DNA from: Candidatus Woesebacteria bacterium GW2011_GWB1_39_12
Lineage (GTDB): Bacteria; Patescibacteriota; Microgenomatia; UBA8517
Length of the DNA: 64,000 nucleotides
Assembly (NCBI GenBank): GCA_000993405.1
Contig: LBWB01000009.1
Coordinates: 77,848 to 141,847 of the forward strand
Direction: 5' to 3'
This document shows, piece by piece, positions 1 to 9,737 of the stretch (the stretch's first letter is position 1; each line of letters begins with the position of its first letter). Below the pieces are notes generated by a model, which did no database searches, had not been told where the DNA came from, and saw only the letters and a program-made list of their open reading frames with translations. Position numbers and translations under genes: made by a program.

Positions 1-165
1 ATATATCGTATCACCAAATCTTTTACCGAAAACTCGCGGAGGAATCCCGAATCCGAATTCTTCGACCCAGACTCCTGCACGCTTTGCCGCAAAAAAGTGT
101 CCAAGTTCATGAACGAGAACCAGAATGGATAAAACTGCAATGAAGGCGATTATGGAAAAAAGCAT
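1..165 (-). CDS. rseP: RIP metalloprotease RseP (M50), N-terminal part, runs off window
   Basis: Manual translation MLFSIIAFIAVLSILILVHELGHFFAAKRAGVWVEEFGFGIPPR has the HExGH motif; lies downstream of frr. Confidence 0.85.
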   Translation of the reverse strand, partial: MLFSIIAFIAVLSILVLVHELGHFFAAKRAGVWVEEFGFGIPPRVFGKRFGDTIY

Positions 166-223
166 ACACTAGAGATTAGCACAAAAAACTACAAATTTCT
201 ATTTAGATAATTTGAAAATTAAA

Positions 224-778
224 TTATATCTGAAGTAGTTCTTCTTCTTTGGTTTTTCCTGTCTTGTCTATTTTCTCAATATGCTCATCAGTTACTTCCT
301 GCAAATGTTTCTCCTGACCAAACTTCTCGTCCTCGCTTAACTCTTTTTTCTCAAAACTCTCTTTAATATCGTGCATTGCATCTCCTCTAATCTGGCGAAT
401 CATTATCCGACCATTTTCAAGTTTTGTATGAAGAAGTCTTACGTAATTTTCTCTGTCCTCGGAAGTTAAGGGAGGAAGGCTTATCCTAATAAATTGTCCG
501 TCAATCGAAGGGTTCAGGCCAACATTTGCCGCTAGAATTCCCTGTCTTATCTCACCGACTATTGATTTATCCCAAGGTTCAATGACAAGACTCTGGGTAT
601 CAGGCGCAGAAATCGTAGCAAGCTCCTGGATCTTCAGTTTTTGCTGGCCGCCGTAAACTCCTACGACTAAATCTTCAACTAGTGCCGGGGTTGCCCTGCC
701 TGTGCGAATTGAAGCAATATCGGAAGTCACTAAATCTAATACCTGTTGCATCCGTCTTCTAATGTCATCTTCGTTCAT
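224..778 (-). CDS. frr: Ribosome recycling factor
   Basis: IRTGRATPALV, PPLTSEDR motifs; follows tsf. Confidence 0.97.
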   Translation of the reverse strand: MNEDDIRRRMQQVLDLVTSDIASIRTGRATPALVEDLVVGVYGGQQKLKIQELATISAPDTQSLVIEPWDKSIVGEIRQGILAANVGLNPSIDGQFIRISLPPLTSEDRENYVRLLHTKLENGRIMIRQIRGDAMHDIKESFEKKELSEDEKFGQEKHLQEVTDEHIEKIDKTGKTKEEELLQI

Positions 779-822
779 CTGGAGTATTTTACTTTTCTCC
801 CGCCAGCAATATAGCTAAAGCT

Positions 823-1287
823 TTAGCTTTTTGCAGGCTGACCTAATTCTACACGAAAAACTCGGCCTATGCGACTATTCTCACCCGTTTTGGCAATAAC
901 TTCCTTAATCAGATCTTCGACCTTCTTTGAAGGATCTTTTATAAAATCTTGTTTTTCAAAATCTTTATCTCCCATTGAAGCAACTTGCATTGCAAGATCT
1001 TTACCTAACTCTTGAAATAATTCGTTTCTTGCCACAAAATCCGTCTCGCAAAAAAGTTCTACCACACCAACAACTTTCTGGTTATGGTGAGTATATGTTG
1101 CTAATATTCCCGCAGTAGTGGCACGCCCTGCGCGCTTTTCAACTTTTTCAAAACCTTCTTTCTGCAAAAGCATTTCTGCCTTCTTCATATCCCCCTTTAG
1201 TTCCTCCAAAACCTGCTTCGCCCTCATTACAGGAGCTCCGGTTTTATCTCGCAACTCTCTTATTTGACTAGCAGACACCTTAATCAT
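823..1287 (-). CDS. tsf: Elongation factor Ts (short form)
   Basis: LRDKTGA and ELFCETDFVARN motifs. Confidence 0.96.
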   Translation of the reverse strand: MIKVSASQIRELRDKTGAPVMRAKQVLEELKGDMKKAEMLLQKEGFEKVEKRAGRATTAGILATYTHHNQKVVGVVELFCETDFVARNELFQELGKDLAMQVASMGDKDFEKQDFIKDPSKKVEDLIKEVIAKTGENSRIGRVFRVELGQPAKS

Positions 1288-1309
1288 GACTTTGGATAAT
1301 TATCCAGAT

Positions 1310-1420
1310 TTTTAAAAACTCTAAATCCTAAATTCTAATATCAAATTTTCCAAACATATTTTGTTTTGAATTTTTAATTTTGAATATTGTGATTTATTTA
1401 GGATTTAGATATTAGGATTT
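1310..1420. repeat. Inverted arrays of degenerate heptamer repeats between tsf and rpsB
   Basis: aaatcct/aaattct/aatatc units facing aggattt/agatatt units. Confidence 0.6.
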
Positions 1421-2109
1421 GGTTTTATTCTTACTCTCACTCTTACTCTTACCACCCTTCCCATCCATTATCACATCTCTCATTAACTCCAACACATATT
1501 CCAGCGCCCTTGTTGCATCATCATTCATTGGAATTGGATAGTCAACTAGGGTCGGATCACAATTTGAGTCAACTAACGCAACTGTCTCAACTCCTACCAT
1601 AGCTGCTTCACTAACGGCCGTTTTCTCGCGTCTAATATCAATAATAATCAATATATCGGGAATCTTGCTCATCCCGACTATGCCGCCAAAAAAATTGGAA
1701 AGTCTCTGAATTTCTCGATCAATCAGAAGTCTTTCTTTTTTGGTTCTGTCATTAAAATCTCCCCTCTCCATCCCGCTTTTTAACTCTTGCAGCTTTTTTA
1801 CGGACTTAAGGATTTGGTCAAAATTAGTCAAAGTACCCCCAAGCCAGCGTTCATTAACGTAAAAAGAACCGGCTTCTTCGGCAATCTCTGCCAATTTATC
1901 CTTAACTTGTTTTTTTGTTCCTACAAAAAGAATTGTCTTACCCTCTTTTGATCTTCCAATTTCTCTTTAGTTTTGGTCAAATCAAAGATATGAACCCCAT
2001 CTTTTTCCCCATAAATATAAGGGGCCATCTTAGGATTCCAGCGTTTTACCTGATGTCCAAAATGTGCTCCAGCTGAAACTAATTCTTTGAGTGATACTTT
2101 AGTTGTCAT
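1412..2109 (-). CDS. rpsB: 30S ribosomal protein S2, frameshifted by an apparent short deletion near 1951 (probably assembly error)
   Basis: GAHFGHQ..RWNPKM in 1921..2109; after KEKLED another frame continues [30 protein letters not shown]. Confidence 0.93.
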
Positions 2110-2119
2110 ATGTCTCCTT

Positions 2120-2170
2120 TTACCGCCACCGATCAGAAGTGCTCAGGAGACCTGATCGATGTGTGAACTT
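2120..2170 (-). promoter_or_regulatory. Putative rpsB (S2) leader hairpin
   Basis: Minus strand cacacatcgatcagg...ctgatcggtggcgg forms a stem just upstream of the rpsB RBS. Confidence 0.45.
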
Positions 2171-2219
2171 CTTGGTATGTTAGCAAACAAGGATTCGAAA
2201 AGCAAATATGATTCCCCGC

Positions 2220-3041
2220 TTAATTCTTTGCAGCTTCAACCAAATTTTCCAAAAGACATGAAATCGTAACTGGTCCGACGCCACCTGGAACGGGAGAAAC
2301 AAATGAAGCCTTTTCGTAAGCCCCTTTTTCAATATCACCATACGGTGCGCCAACGTCAATAACTACTGCGCCTTTTTTGATGTCATCTCTGCCGATAACT
2401 CCTGGTGAGCCGGTTACACTGATTAATATATCCGCCATTTTTGTCTTTTTCTTCAAATTTCCCGATTTACGATCTAATCCTTCAACTTCATATCCCATCT
2501 TTTTCAAATTTTGATAAATCTTTTTTCCCTCAAATCCCATCGCCCCAACAACTACTACTTTGCAGGGTCGTACCCTGTTTTTAATATAAGGTTTTCCTAT
2601 GCGAAGAATCTCCAAAACCGCTTTAACTGTTGGAGTCAAATGCAAACTGTCTTCACGAAGACCATCAACGTCTTTTTCTTTCGCGATTGTGTTAAGTATT
2701 TCATCTCTATCTCCTTTCGAAAAATTATCCGGTAGCGGCAACTGCACCATTATCCCGTGTACATTGTCATCATTGTTAAATTTTACAATTATTTTTTGGA
2801 TTTCCTTTTTACTTATACTTAGACTTAAACTTATCACTTCTACCTTCGCCCCTATTCTCTCTGCCACTTTTCTCTTGAGATTCACATACAGGGTACTTGC
2901 AGGATTATCCCCCACCAAAATCGATACCAACCTAGGAGTCACCCCCCCCAATCTCTTACGACCGAAGGTCGAATTCATCTCTTCTTTTAACTTATTCTCT
3001 TTTTCCCAAGCAAACGCTTTTCCGTCAAAAATATGTGTCAT
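2220..3041 (-). CDS. folD: Methylenetetrahydrofolate dehydrogenase/cyclohydrolase
   Basis: HGIMVQLPLP, KDVDG, PVPGGVGPVT motifs. Confidence 0.96.
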   Translation of the reverse strand: MTHIFDGKAFAWEKENKLKEEMNSTFGRKRLGGVTPRLVSILVGDNPASTLYVNLKRKVAERIGAKVEVISLSLSISKKEIQKIIVKFNNDDNVHGIMVQLPLPDNFSKGDRDEILNTIAKEKDVDGLREDSLHLTPTVKAVLEILRIGKPYIKNRVRPCKVVVVGAMGFEGKKIYQNLKKMGYEVEGLDRKSGNLKKKTKMADILISVTGSPGVIGRDDIKKGAVVIDVGAPYGDIEKGAYEKASFVSPVPGGVGPVTISCLLENLVEAAKN

Positions 3042-3091
3042 ATTATTAAGAATTTTAATTCATTTGATAAAAGTAAACAATTATTGAAGCC

Positions 3092-3307
3092 TTAAATTTT
3101 ACTTACTGTTCTATTGCATCGTTCTTGTAGACTTTCAGGGTTCGATTGCGATTGTTCTCTAAACTCATCGTAATATCTTCTTCTTGTTTTATTGCTGATA
3201 AATCCTCCTCTATTTACCCACATCTTTAAAAGACACCTACCAGTTTCATAATTAGGACAGTTAATTCCGGCACACCAATCGGGTCTTTCGGAACCACCTT
3301 TTCCCAT
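3092..3307 (-). CDS. Small Cys-containing hypothetical protein
   Basis: 71-aa ORF filling the glyA-folD gap, same strand. Confidence 0.5.
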   Translation of the reverse strand: MGKGGSERPDWCAGINCPNYETGRCLLKMWVNRGGFISNKTRRRYYDEFREQSQSNPESLQERCNRTVSKI

Positions 3308-3336
3308 AATAATTTCTATTCCTAAACAATCGGAAA

Positions 3337-4551
3337 TTAAGTATTTCTTGCATCTTTATTCTGTGGAAGTTTATACGCTTTAACATAGTCGATTACTTTT
3401 AAAATCCATTCAGCAATTTGCTCCATTTCCTTTTCCTTCATACCTCTTGCGGTTATTGCCGGCGTCCCCAGTCGAATCCCCGATGGATAAAAGGGTGGCA
3501 TCGGATCATTCGGAACCGAGTTTCTGTTAACAACAACTCCGGCTATCTCGAGTGCTTCTGCTACAACATTTCCGGAAAGTCCAAGCGGCATAAGGTTTAC
3601 TACTACTAAGTGGCTCTCAGTTCCGTCACCATAAAGGCTAAGGCCGCCCATTTTAAGAGCAACTCCTAAGGCTATAGCGTTTTTTACAACCTGTTTTCCA
3701 TATTTTTTGAATTCGGGCATTTCAGCTTTTTCAAGAGCAACAGCAATTCCTGCCGTTGTATTATTATGTGGCCCGCCTTGAAGACCAGGGAAAACTGCTC
3801 TATCAATTTTTGATGGCAACACCGGGTCCTTTTTTAAGCCTTTATTTGTCACCCAAATAATCGCTCCTCTTGGCCCGCGAAGAGTTTTATGAGTCGTTGA
3901 AGTAATAACGTGTGCATAATTAATTGGGGAAGGATAAGCACCTGCAACAATTAGACCAATAACATGAGAAATATCCGCAACCAACCAGGCACCTATCGAA
4001 TCAGCAATTTCTGAAAACTTTTTCCAATCAAAAGCCAAGGGATAAGCCGTAGTTCCTATAAGCATCAATTTTGGCTTCTCAACTTTTGCAAACTTGGCGA
4101 TTTTTGAATAGTTCAATCTCCCATCTTCATCAACGCCAAACTGTACAGACCTAAAGTATTTTCCAGAAAATGTAATGTCGGGGTGACCGTGAGTAAGATG
4201 CCCTCCAACTTTTAACTGCATCCCCATTACGGTTTCGCCAGGGTTGACTAAAGCAAAATAAACCGCTGAATTGGCAGGAGAACCGGAATATGGCTGAACA
4301 TTTGCATGAGGAGTTCCAAAAAGTTTTTTTGCCCTTTCAACTGCAAGCCTCTCAATGTCATCAACTATTTTGTTACCCTGGTAATATCGTGCACCCGAAT
4401 AGCCCTCTGAATATTTATGCATGAGGATTGATCCAACCGCTTCCCGAACCTCGGGATAGGTATAATTCTCCGACGGAATCATCATAAGCGTCTCCGCCTG
4501 CCTTTTTTCCTCTTTCTTAATTAATTCCAATATTTTATCCATGTATTTCAA
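3337..4551 (-). CDS. glyA: Serine hydroxymethyltransferase (C-terminal helix missing; in-frame FPIV-stop follows the stop at 3322..3336)
   Basis: MIPSENY, GGHLTHG, TTHKTLRGPRG, SGIRLGTPA motifs. Confidence 0.96.
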   Translation of the reverse strand: MKYMDKILELIKKEEKRQAETLMMIPSENYTYPEVREAVGSILMHKYSEGYSGARYYQGNKIVDDIERLAVERAKKLFGTPHANVQPYSGSPANSAVYFALVNPGETVMGMQLKVGGHLTHGHPDITFSGKYFRSVQFGVDEDGRLNYSKIAKFAKVEKPKLMLIGTTAYPLAFDWKKFSEIADSIGAWLVADISHVIGLIVAGAYPSPINYAHVITSTTHKTLRGPRGAIIWVTNKGLKKDPVLPSKIDRAVFPGLQGGPHNNTTAGIAVALEKAEMPEFKKYGKQVVKNAIALGVALKMGGLSLYGDGTESHLVVVNLMPLGLSGNVVAEALEIAGVVVNRNSVPNDPMPPFYPSGIRLGTPAITARGMKEKEMEQIAEWILKVIDYVKAYKLPQNKDARNT

Positions 4552-4576
4552 TATTTTACTCTACTTTGATTATAAA

Positions 4577-5494
4577 CTATATCCTCTCGGCTCGTCTTGA
4601 AGAAGCCTTGGAATCAAAGAAGAACTCGCGGGCAGGCCAATACTTTTCCCACCCCGGGGCAAGAGTGGACCAAGAATGTCTTACTCCTATCTCAAGCTCA
4701 TAATTTGCTCTGTTTAATATCTCTCCAATTGTACCCGTTTCTCCTTCTCTAAAAACTCTTCCCAGAACTTGCTCATTGAAATCAACAAAACGTCCACATC
4801 TTTCTCCATTTCCTCTAATACCCAGCCTTGGACCTACAGCTTCCAAAATTTGTCTACTTACACCTTCTGCTGACAAATTCTTCCTATCAATTACAACCCA
4901 ATCCTGCTCAAGCTGAATATAATGTTTTAGAATACCAGCTCTTGTATTATAGGCTGATCTATCTACTTCAAAAGAGTCGTCCTTTAAACCCCTATCTATA
5001 TCTCGTCGTGCCCGCGAGACATCTGCTTCTTTAGTACTAACATCCAAAAAGAATTTAAAGGTAGGAGTCCCTTCAAACAACGAAAAAAATTGCTTATCTA
5101 TTTCTTTTAAAAATCTAAACTCTTGACTAGCAGTAGTTTTGAATCTTTTCACCTCATCAAGTATCGACAGTGCATTACTGGAGGGCCACCTTTCTATAAC
5201 AAAAGACCATCCCATTACAATTCCACTTTCAATAAACTGGGAAATTTCACCACGGTTGACCGCGAAAAGTTCTTGCAACGATCTTCCCTTAGGAATAAGC
5301 GTATATCCGTCAGGCCTCAGGATTGATTCTAGAATTCGACCTGTCGGAGTTTCATAACAGGGAAGTTTTAAAGAACACACATCCATCCCTCTACTTACTA
5401 CTTCCTTAATCAGTAACTCTGCGGTTGTAGATTTGCCCGAGCCGCCCAGACCTTCCAAAACAATTGCAAGCTGCTGATTAGTCTTAGCTGACAT
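4577..5494 (-). CDS. Divergent thymidylate kinase-like NMP kinase with C-terminal extension
   Basis: EGLGGSGKST P-loop, LFAVNR, ERWPSS (DRY..S-like), FFLDVS. Confidence 0.75.
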   Translation of the reverse strand: MSAKTNQQLAIVLEGLGGSGKSTTAELLIKEVVSRGMDVCSLKLPCYETPTGRILESILRPDGYTLIPKGRSLQELFAVNRGEISQFIESGIVMGWSFVIERWPSSNALSILDEVKRFKTTASQEFRFLKEIDKQFFSLFEGTPTFKFFLDVSTKEADVSRARRDIDRGLKDDSFEVDRSAYNTRAGILKHYIQLEQDWVVIDRKNLSAEGVSRQILEAVGPRLGIRGNGERCGRFVDFNEQVLGRVFREGETGTIGEILNRANYELEIGVRHSWSTLAPGWEKYWPAREFFFDSKASSRRAERI

Positions 5495-5542
5495 CTCTGG
5501 CTAAAAATAGACTATTATTAGAAAAACCGCAAGAGTGCAAAA

Positions 5543-5653
5543 TCAAGAAGTGTCAATTGGAATATAATTCTCTGACGGAATCATCATAAGGGTATCCCTC
5601 TGTCTCGTCCCCTCTTTCTTAATTAGCTCGAATATCTTATCTTCTTTTTTCAT
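5543..5653 (-). pseudogene. glyA 5' fragment (36 codons)
   Basis: MKKEDKIFELIKKEGTRQRDTLMMIPSENY matches the N-terminus of the intact glyA. Confidence 0.85.
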
Positions 5654-5662
5654 GGCTACTGA

Positions 5663-5746
5663 TTAAAGCTTGGCCAAGCTGAGCTTGGTAAGCGTCTCTA
5701 TTTGTCTTTTCTCCTCCTTTTTAATTAATTCAAAGATCTTGTCCAT
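5663..5746 (-). pseudogene. Second glyA 5' fragment (27 codons), truncated by a small hairpin element
   Basis: MDKIFELIKKEEKRQIETL versus glyA MDKILELIKKEEKRQAETL. Confidence 0.85.
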
Positions 5747-5788
5747 GAGAGATAAAATTTGTTAAGTTAGATTAGCATTCTATTTTGT

Positions 5789-7504
5789 CTACATCAATGA
5801 CGGCAAAGGTTGTCTAACAAAATCTTCCGGTTGATTTACACAACTAATGTGTCCATTTTTGCAACATACTGGTTCATATTGCTCCTCACCCGCAACAAAG
5901 GTTTTGTCATCGTAATCAGCTATTTCCCCATACTGGTTATACCTTCGCGTTCCTTGTGCCTCGTTATCACAATACTTACAGGTAGTACCCAACTCTACCT
6001 CATGCCAATCTGGACGAACAGTTGCCTCTCTTATTAATTTATGAGCAAAATTAAATGGTTCTTCTTGGAATGTGTAGTCTATAAAATCGCAAACCACATG
6101 GAAACCCATCTGTCTTAACTCTTCAACTGAACTAACTGCCTCATCTGCGTCACTCTCATAAAACAACATTGTCTCATCAATAAATAAGTAAGTCTTTCTC
6201 GGATCAATATTATCAGACCCAATCCTTCTCTTCACATCCTCTAAAATCTCTGAAAGTTTATTACTCCATATCGTATTAGCCGGTATCTCCACACCGTCTC
6301 GATTTTTTAATTTAGTTTCATACTCGGGTCCGTATCTTAATGCTGCGGCAGGTTGAAAGGCTAAAATATTTTCATCTCCCACCATTTCGGAAATGTAAGT
6401 AAGCACACTTGTTTTCCCAGCAAACATACTTTTACTATGAGCAATAACTACTTGTGGTCCCATGTTTGGTGAAAAAATTCTACTTACTATATAATCAGCT
6501 ACTTCCTTTGGATCTTGCTTCAAATATTCTCCCAATATCTCAAGTTGATCTCTTATTGAAAACAAAGTTGCATACTTCAAATCTGGATTCCGATAAAATT
6601 CAGGAGGATCAACTACAATTGGCAAAACCTTTATACCTTCTTCTCTCAATGGTTCTATTGCTTCCCTCTCTACCCGAACCATCACCTCTAGATCCTCCAG
6701 TGTTATTTTTCTTTCCATGTCTCGAACTTTTGGATTCCCTTCTATCCTCTCCTGAAGTCCCTGATATAATCTCTCAACAGAAGTAGGAAGCATAAGGACC
6801 AATAAATCGGGTTTTGATATCAATGGTTTTAAAAGCTCAACTGTTTTTTTATAAACTTTATATTCTTCATCTGTAACTTGGCCTCCCTCCACCCTTGCTC
6901 TCATGAATATAAAATTATCCGACCAAACACTTGTGTCTCTCGCCCATCTCCCGTCATAAAGTTTTCCTCTTAACCCGGTAAAAATACTGTCTAAGCCAAA
7001 ACCTAGTTCTGTTCTTAACCAATAATCGTTGTCTGAATAAGCCAGGCTTAAAAAAGGATTCTCTGATGAATGAAAACGTTCGCTTTCCATTTTCGCTTTA
7101 ATTTCTGGCGAAACAAACTCTGTAAGAGTGGATTTACCAACTCCAACAACTCCTGCAGCTTCGAGTACGAATTCCTGTTTACCTTCCCCCATCATAATTT
7201 CACAAAACTCCGGGAAATTATCAAAAGGAGGCAAAGAATATTTTATAGAAAAAAGATTAAACGTCTTTTCGAATAACCCAATTTCATCCGGGGAAAATTG
7301 TGTATGAAAGTCTGTAAGCTGTCCTCTCACCAATTCTGTAAACTGTCTTTTCTGACCTTGATCTGCGTTTGAAAGAACCTCTTCTGACAAATTTAAAGTC
7401 TCGATAAAATTTGAAAATTCGCCCAAAAATACTTCTCTCGGAGCAAATTCTTTGGAAGCATAACCTTCTCTTTCAGGGGCAGCAGTTTTTCCCTGTGAAG
7501 TCAT
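5789..7504 (-). CDS. Deoxynucleoside kinase (dCK/dGK family) - thymidine kinase fusion
   Basis: AGVVGVGKSTL, ENPFL..AY, PDLLV (dNK); SMFAGKTS, FIDE, EPF, CKYC, YEPVC (TK1 type). Confidence 0.85.
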   Translation of the reverse strand: MTSQGKTAAPEREGYASKEFAPREVFLGEFSNFIETLNLSEEVLSNADQGQKRQFTELVRGQLTDFHTQFSPDEIGLFEKTFNLFSIKYSLPPFDNFPEFCEIMMGEGKQEFVLEAAGVVGVGKSTLTEFVSPEIKAKMESERFHSSENPFLSLAYSDNDYWLRTELGFGLDSIFTGLRGKLYDGRWARDTSVWSDNFIFMRARVEGGQVTDEEYKVYKKTVELLKPLISKPDLLVLMLPTSVERLYQGLQERIEGNPKVRDMERKITLEDLEVMVRVEREAIEPLREEGIKVLPIVVDPPEFYRNPDLKYATLFSIRDQLEILGEYLKQDPKEVADYIVSRIFSPNMGPQVVIAHSKSMFAGKTSVLTYISEMVGDENILAFQPAAALRYGPEYETKLKNRDGVEIPANTIWSNKLSEILEDVKRRIGSDNIDPRKTYLFIDETMLFYESDADEAVSSVEELRQMGFHVVCDFIDYTFQEEPFNFAHKLIREATVRPDWHEVELGTTCKYCDNEAQGTRRYNQYGEIADYDDKTFVAGEEQYEPVCCKNGHISCVNQPEDFVRQPLPSLM

Positions 7505-7595
7505 TTTTCAATAATTAATAAACTCAAGAAATCTTACTTATCATAAATTATAAAATTAACTTGATTTATTCAATACACGCAGATAATATACAACC

Positions 7596-8432
7596 ATGAA
7601 AGAATACCTCGACCTAGTTGAAGATGTTATGACAAACGGAAAACCAAGGCAAGGACCAAAACCAGAAGGAACAATTGCTGTATTTGGAAGACAAGTAAGA
7701 TATAATTTAGCTGATGGTTTCCCCTTAATAACTACTCGCGACCTAAGTAAATCTTGGTTAAAAGTCATAGTTCCAGAACTTCTATGGATAATATCTGGTA
7801 GCACAAATGCAAACGACCTCCACAAGTATGGCAGTAATTTATGGGATAAATGGGCAAAGGCAGCCGAGGAAAAAGTCGGTTATCAAAATGGGGAGCTGGG
7901 TCCAATTTACGGCCATCAGCTTCGTAATTTTGGGGGACAAGTTGATCAACTTACACAAGTAATCGGAATGTTACAGCGAGAACCAGAAACACGCAGAGCA
8001 ATAATTAGTCTTTGGAACTTGAGTGATGTCGAGACCCCAGAAGGCAAACACACAGTAGATGTTGCGCCATGCATTGCAATGTTTCACTTTGCTCAAATGG
8101 GTGGAAAATTAGATCTTATAATGACCCAGCGAAGTGCAGATATCCCAATTGGTGTACCAAATGACGTTGCCGAGTGGGCGCTTTTTCAGATGTTAATTGC
8201 GAAAGAGGTTAATTTACCACCAGGAGAATTCATTCATAACCTAGATGACGCACACATCTATGTTGACCAAATCCCTGCTATGAAAGAGTTGCTTACAAGA
8301 GAACCCAAAGTGCGTCCAGATGTAACCATTGCAAACTCACTAACGGGAACTATTTATGACCATGTAGTGGAAGACTTTCAGCTACTCAATTACAACCCCC
8401 ATCCGCCAATTAAGATTCCCGTTGCTTTGTAG
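7596..8432 (+). CDS. thyA: Thymidylate synthase-family enzyme, predicted dCMP-specific (PCI, PND)
   Basis: GFPLITT, ELLW, LGPIYG.Q.R, TRRAIIS.WN, APC, QRSAD, DAHIY; Asp at the E. coli Asn177 position. Confidence 0.9.
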   Translation: MKEYLDLVEDVMTNGKPRQGPKPEGTIAVFGRQVRYNLADGFPLITTRDLSKSWLKVIVPELLWIISGSTNANDLHKYGSNLWDKWAKAAEEKVGYQNGELGPIYGHQLRNFGGQVDQLTQVIGMLQREPETRRAIISLWNLSDVETPEGKHTVDVAPCIAMFHFAQMGGKLDLIMTQRSADIPIGVPNDVAEWALFQMLIAKEVNLPPGEFIHNLDDAHIYVDQIPAMKELLTREPKVRPDVTIANSLTGTIYDHVVEDFQLLNYNPHPPIKIPVAL

Positions 8433-9252
8433 AGCTAACTCTTTTTAACTCAACTCCATTTTCTACCAAGAGTGGGACTGCCTCAGACAGTCCATATGAG
8501 TCTCTTTCAAAAATCACCGTTTTTATGCCCGCTCCTATTATTTCCATGGCACAGGGCCTACAAGGAAACTTAGTCGCATAAATAGTTGACCCTTCTAAAG
8601 AAATGCCATCTTTAGATGCATGGGATATTCCTACCCTTTCCGCATGCAAAGAATCACAAAATAACATCCTTTCACCAGGATTCAAATGTAATTCTCTGAA
8701 ATCTAATGGTATCTCTCTACAATTAGAGTTGTTAAAACTTGTAGATGCGCTTTCCAGTAAAACACCATCACCCCTAACAAAGACGCAGCCTGCAGGATCC
8801 AACCAGCAATTACTTGATTCGGCCGCCCTTCTAGCCTTCGCTATCATTTCCACATCAAATGGGTCGGTCGATTCATTAATTGGAACTCCTGTGTCAATTT
8901 CCTCTGCAATCGCTCTCTCTGGTTTACTCCATCTTACTTGCCCCTCTATTTTCACAAGAGCCCAGTTATTTCCCACCTCTTGGTTTGCGGATTCGTAGTC
9001 CAGAGGCATTACTCCTTTTAACCGTTCTGTTACTGAAGCCAAAATCTGGGCTTTTGCCCAGCCCCTAGTACCTTTTTGGTATTGATAATCTGGCATTACC
9101 AATATCGCATCAATACCTACTTCAGTAATCATTTCCTTAAATTCACGGAGATTAACACAGCTTATATTTCTTTCATCGCATACAAGTAACATCAGTCGAG
9201 CTTTTTCTGATACATTTAGACTCTCTGGTGATAAGACATCAAGCTCTCTCAT
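8410..9252 (-). CDS. dCMP deaminase-family protein with N-terminal extra domain
   Basis: HAE and PCRPC zinc motifs; likely start MRELDV at 9252 overlaps the HIT stop (ATGA). Confidence 0.85.
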   Translation of the reverse strand: MRELDVLSPESLNVSEKARLMLLVCDERNISCVNLREFKEMITEVGIDAILVMPDYQYQKGTRGWAKAQILASVTERLKGVMPLDYESANQEVGNNWALVKIEGQVRWSKPERAIAEEIDTGVPINESTDPFDVEMIAKARRAAESSNCWLDPAGCVFVRGDGVLLESASTSFNNSNCREIPLDFRELHLNPGERMLFCDSLHAERVGISHASKDGISLEGSTIYATKFPCRPCAMEIIGAGIKTVIFERDSYGLSEAVPLLVENGVELKRVSSTKQRES

Positions 9253-9737
9253 TTTTCTAGTGCGCCTCTCAATCTCTCTGCTAAATCTAAAGGGGTAATA
9301 CTGATTTCCTGAAAATGCCAAGTATTTAATCCCTCGATATATGGCATTATATTCCAATGTAAGTGGCTTACGGTTTTTCCAGCTATAGGCCCTTGACGTA
9401 AAATAATCCAGTAATTTTCAATTTCAAGCTCTCTTTGAAGAAGCCCAATCCCAGTTTTAACTAACTCATGTCCAGCTAAAACATCTTCATTAGTTAAATC
9501 ATGATAGTTTTCAATATGTCTCTCGGGAAGTACTAACACTTGACCATCAATGTAGGGGAAAATATTTACAGTCAAAATCCACTGGTCTTGTTTGGTAACA
9601 ACGTACTTGTCTCTTAAGTCACAAAAAACACACTTGCCAACATTTTCAGCAATATTGTGATATTTCCCCTCTAATCTCGCGTTGAGCTGATTTTTAGTCC
9701 TAAATGGATCATCTCGATCTACCATAAAATTAGGCAC
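9249..9737 (-). CDS. HIT-family nucleotide hydrolase
   Basis: CVFC, NIFPY, PERH, HLHWN (HxHxH variant). Confidence 0.85.
   Translation of the reverse strand: MPNFMVDRDDPFRTKNQLNARLEGKYHNIAENVGKCVFCDLRDKYVVTKQDQWILTVNIFPYIDGQVLVLPERHIENYHDLTNEDVLAGHELVKTGIGLLQRELEIENYWIILRQGPIAGKTVSHLHWNIMPYIEGLNTWHFQEISITPLDLAERLRGALEK

Noticed and set aside
1895-1960. Programmed frameshift in rpsB
   Set aside because: Conserved residues are missing at the junction, which indicates a deletion rather than slippage
3322-3339. Stop-codon readthrough or alternative genetic code in glyA
   Set aside because: Readthrough would not restore the missing helix; other genes end normally at TAA/TAG/TGA, consistent with code 11
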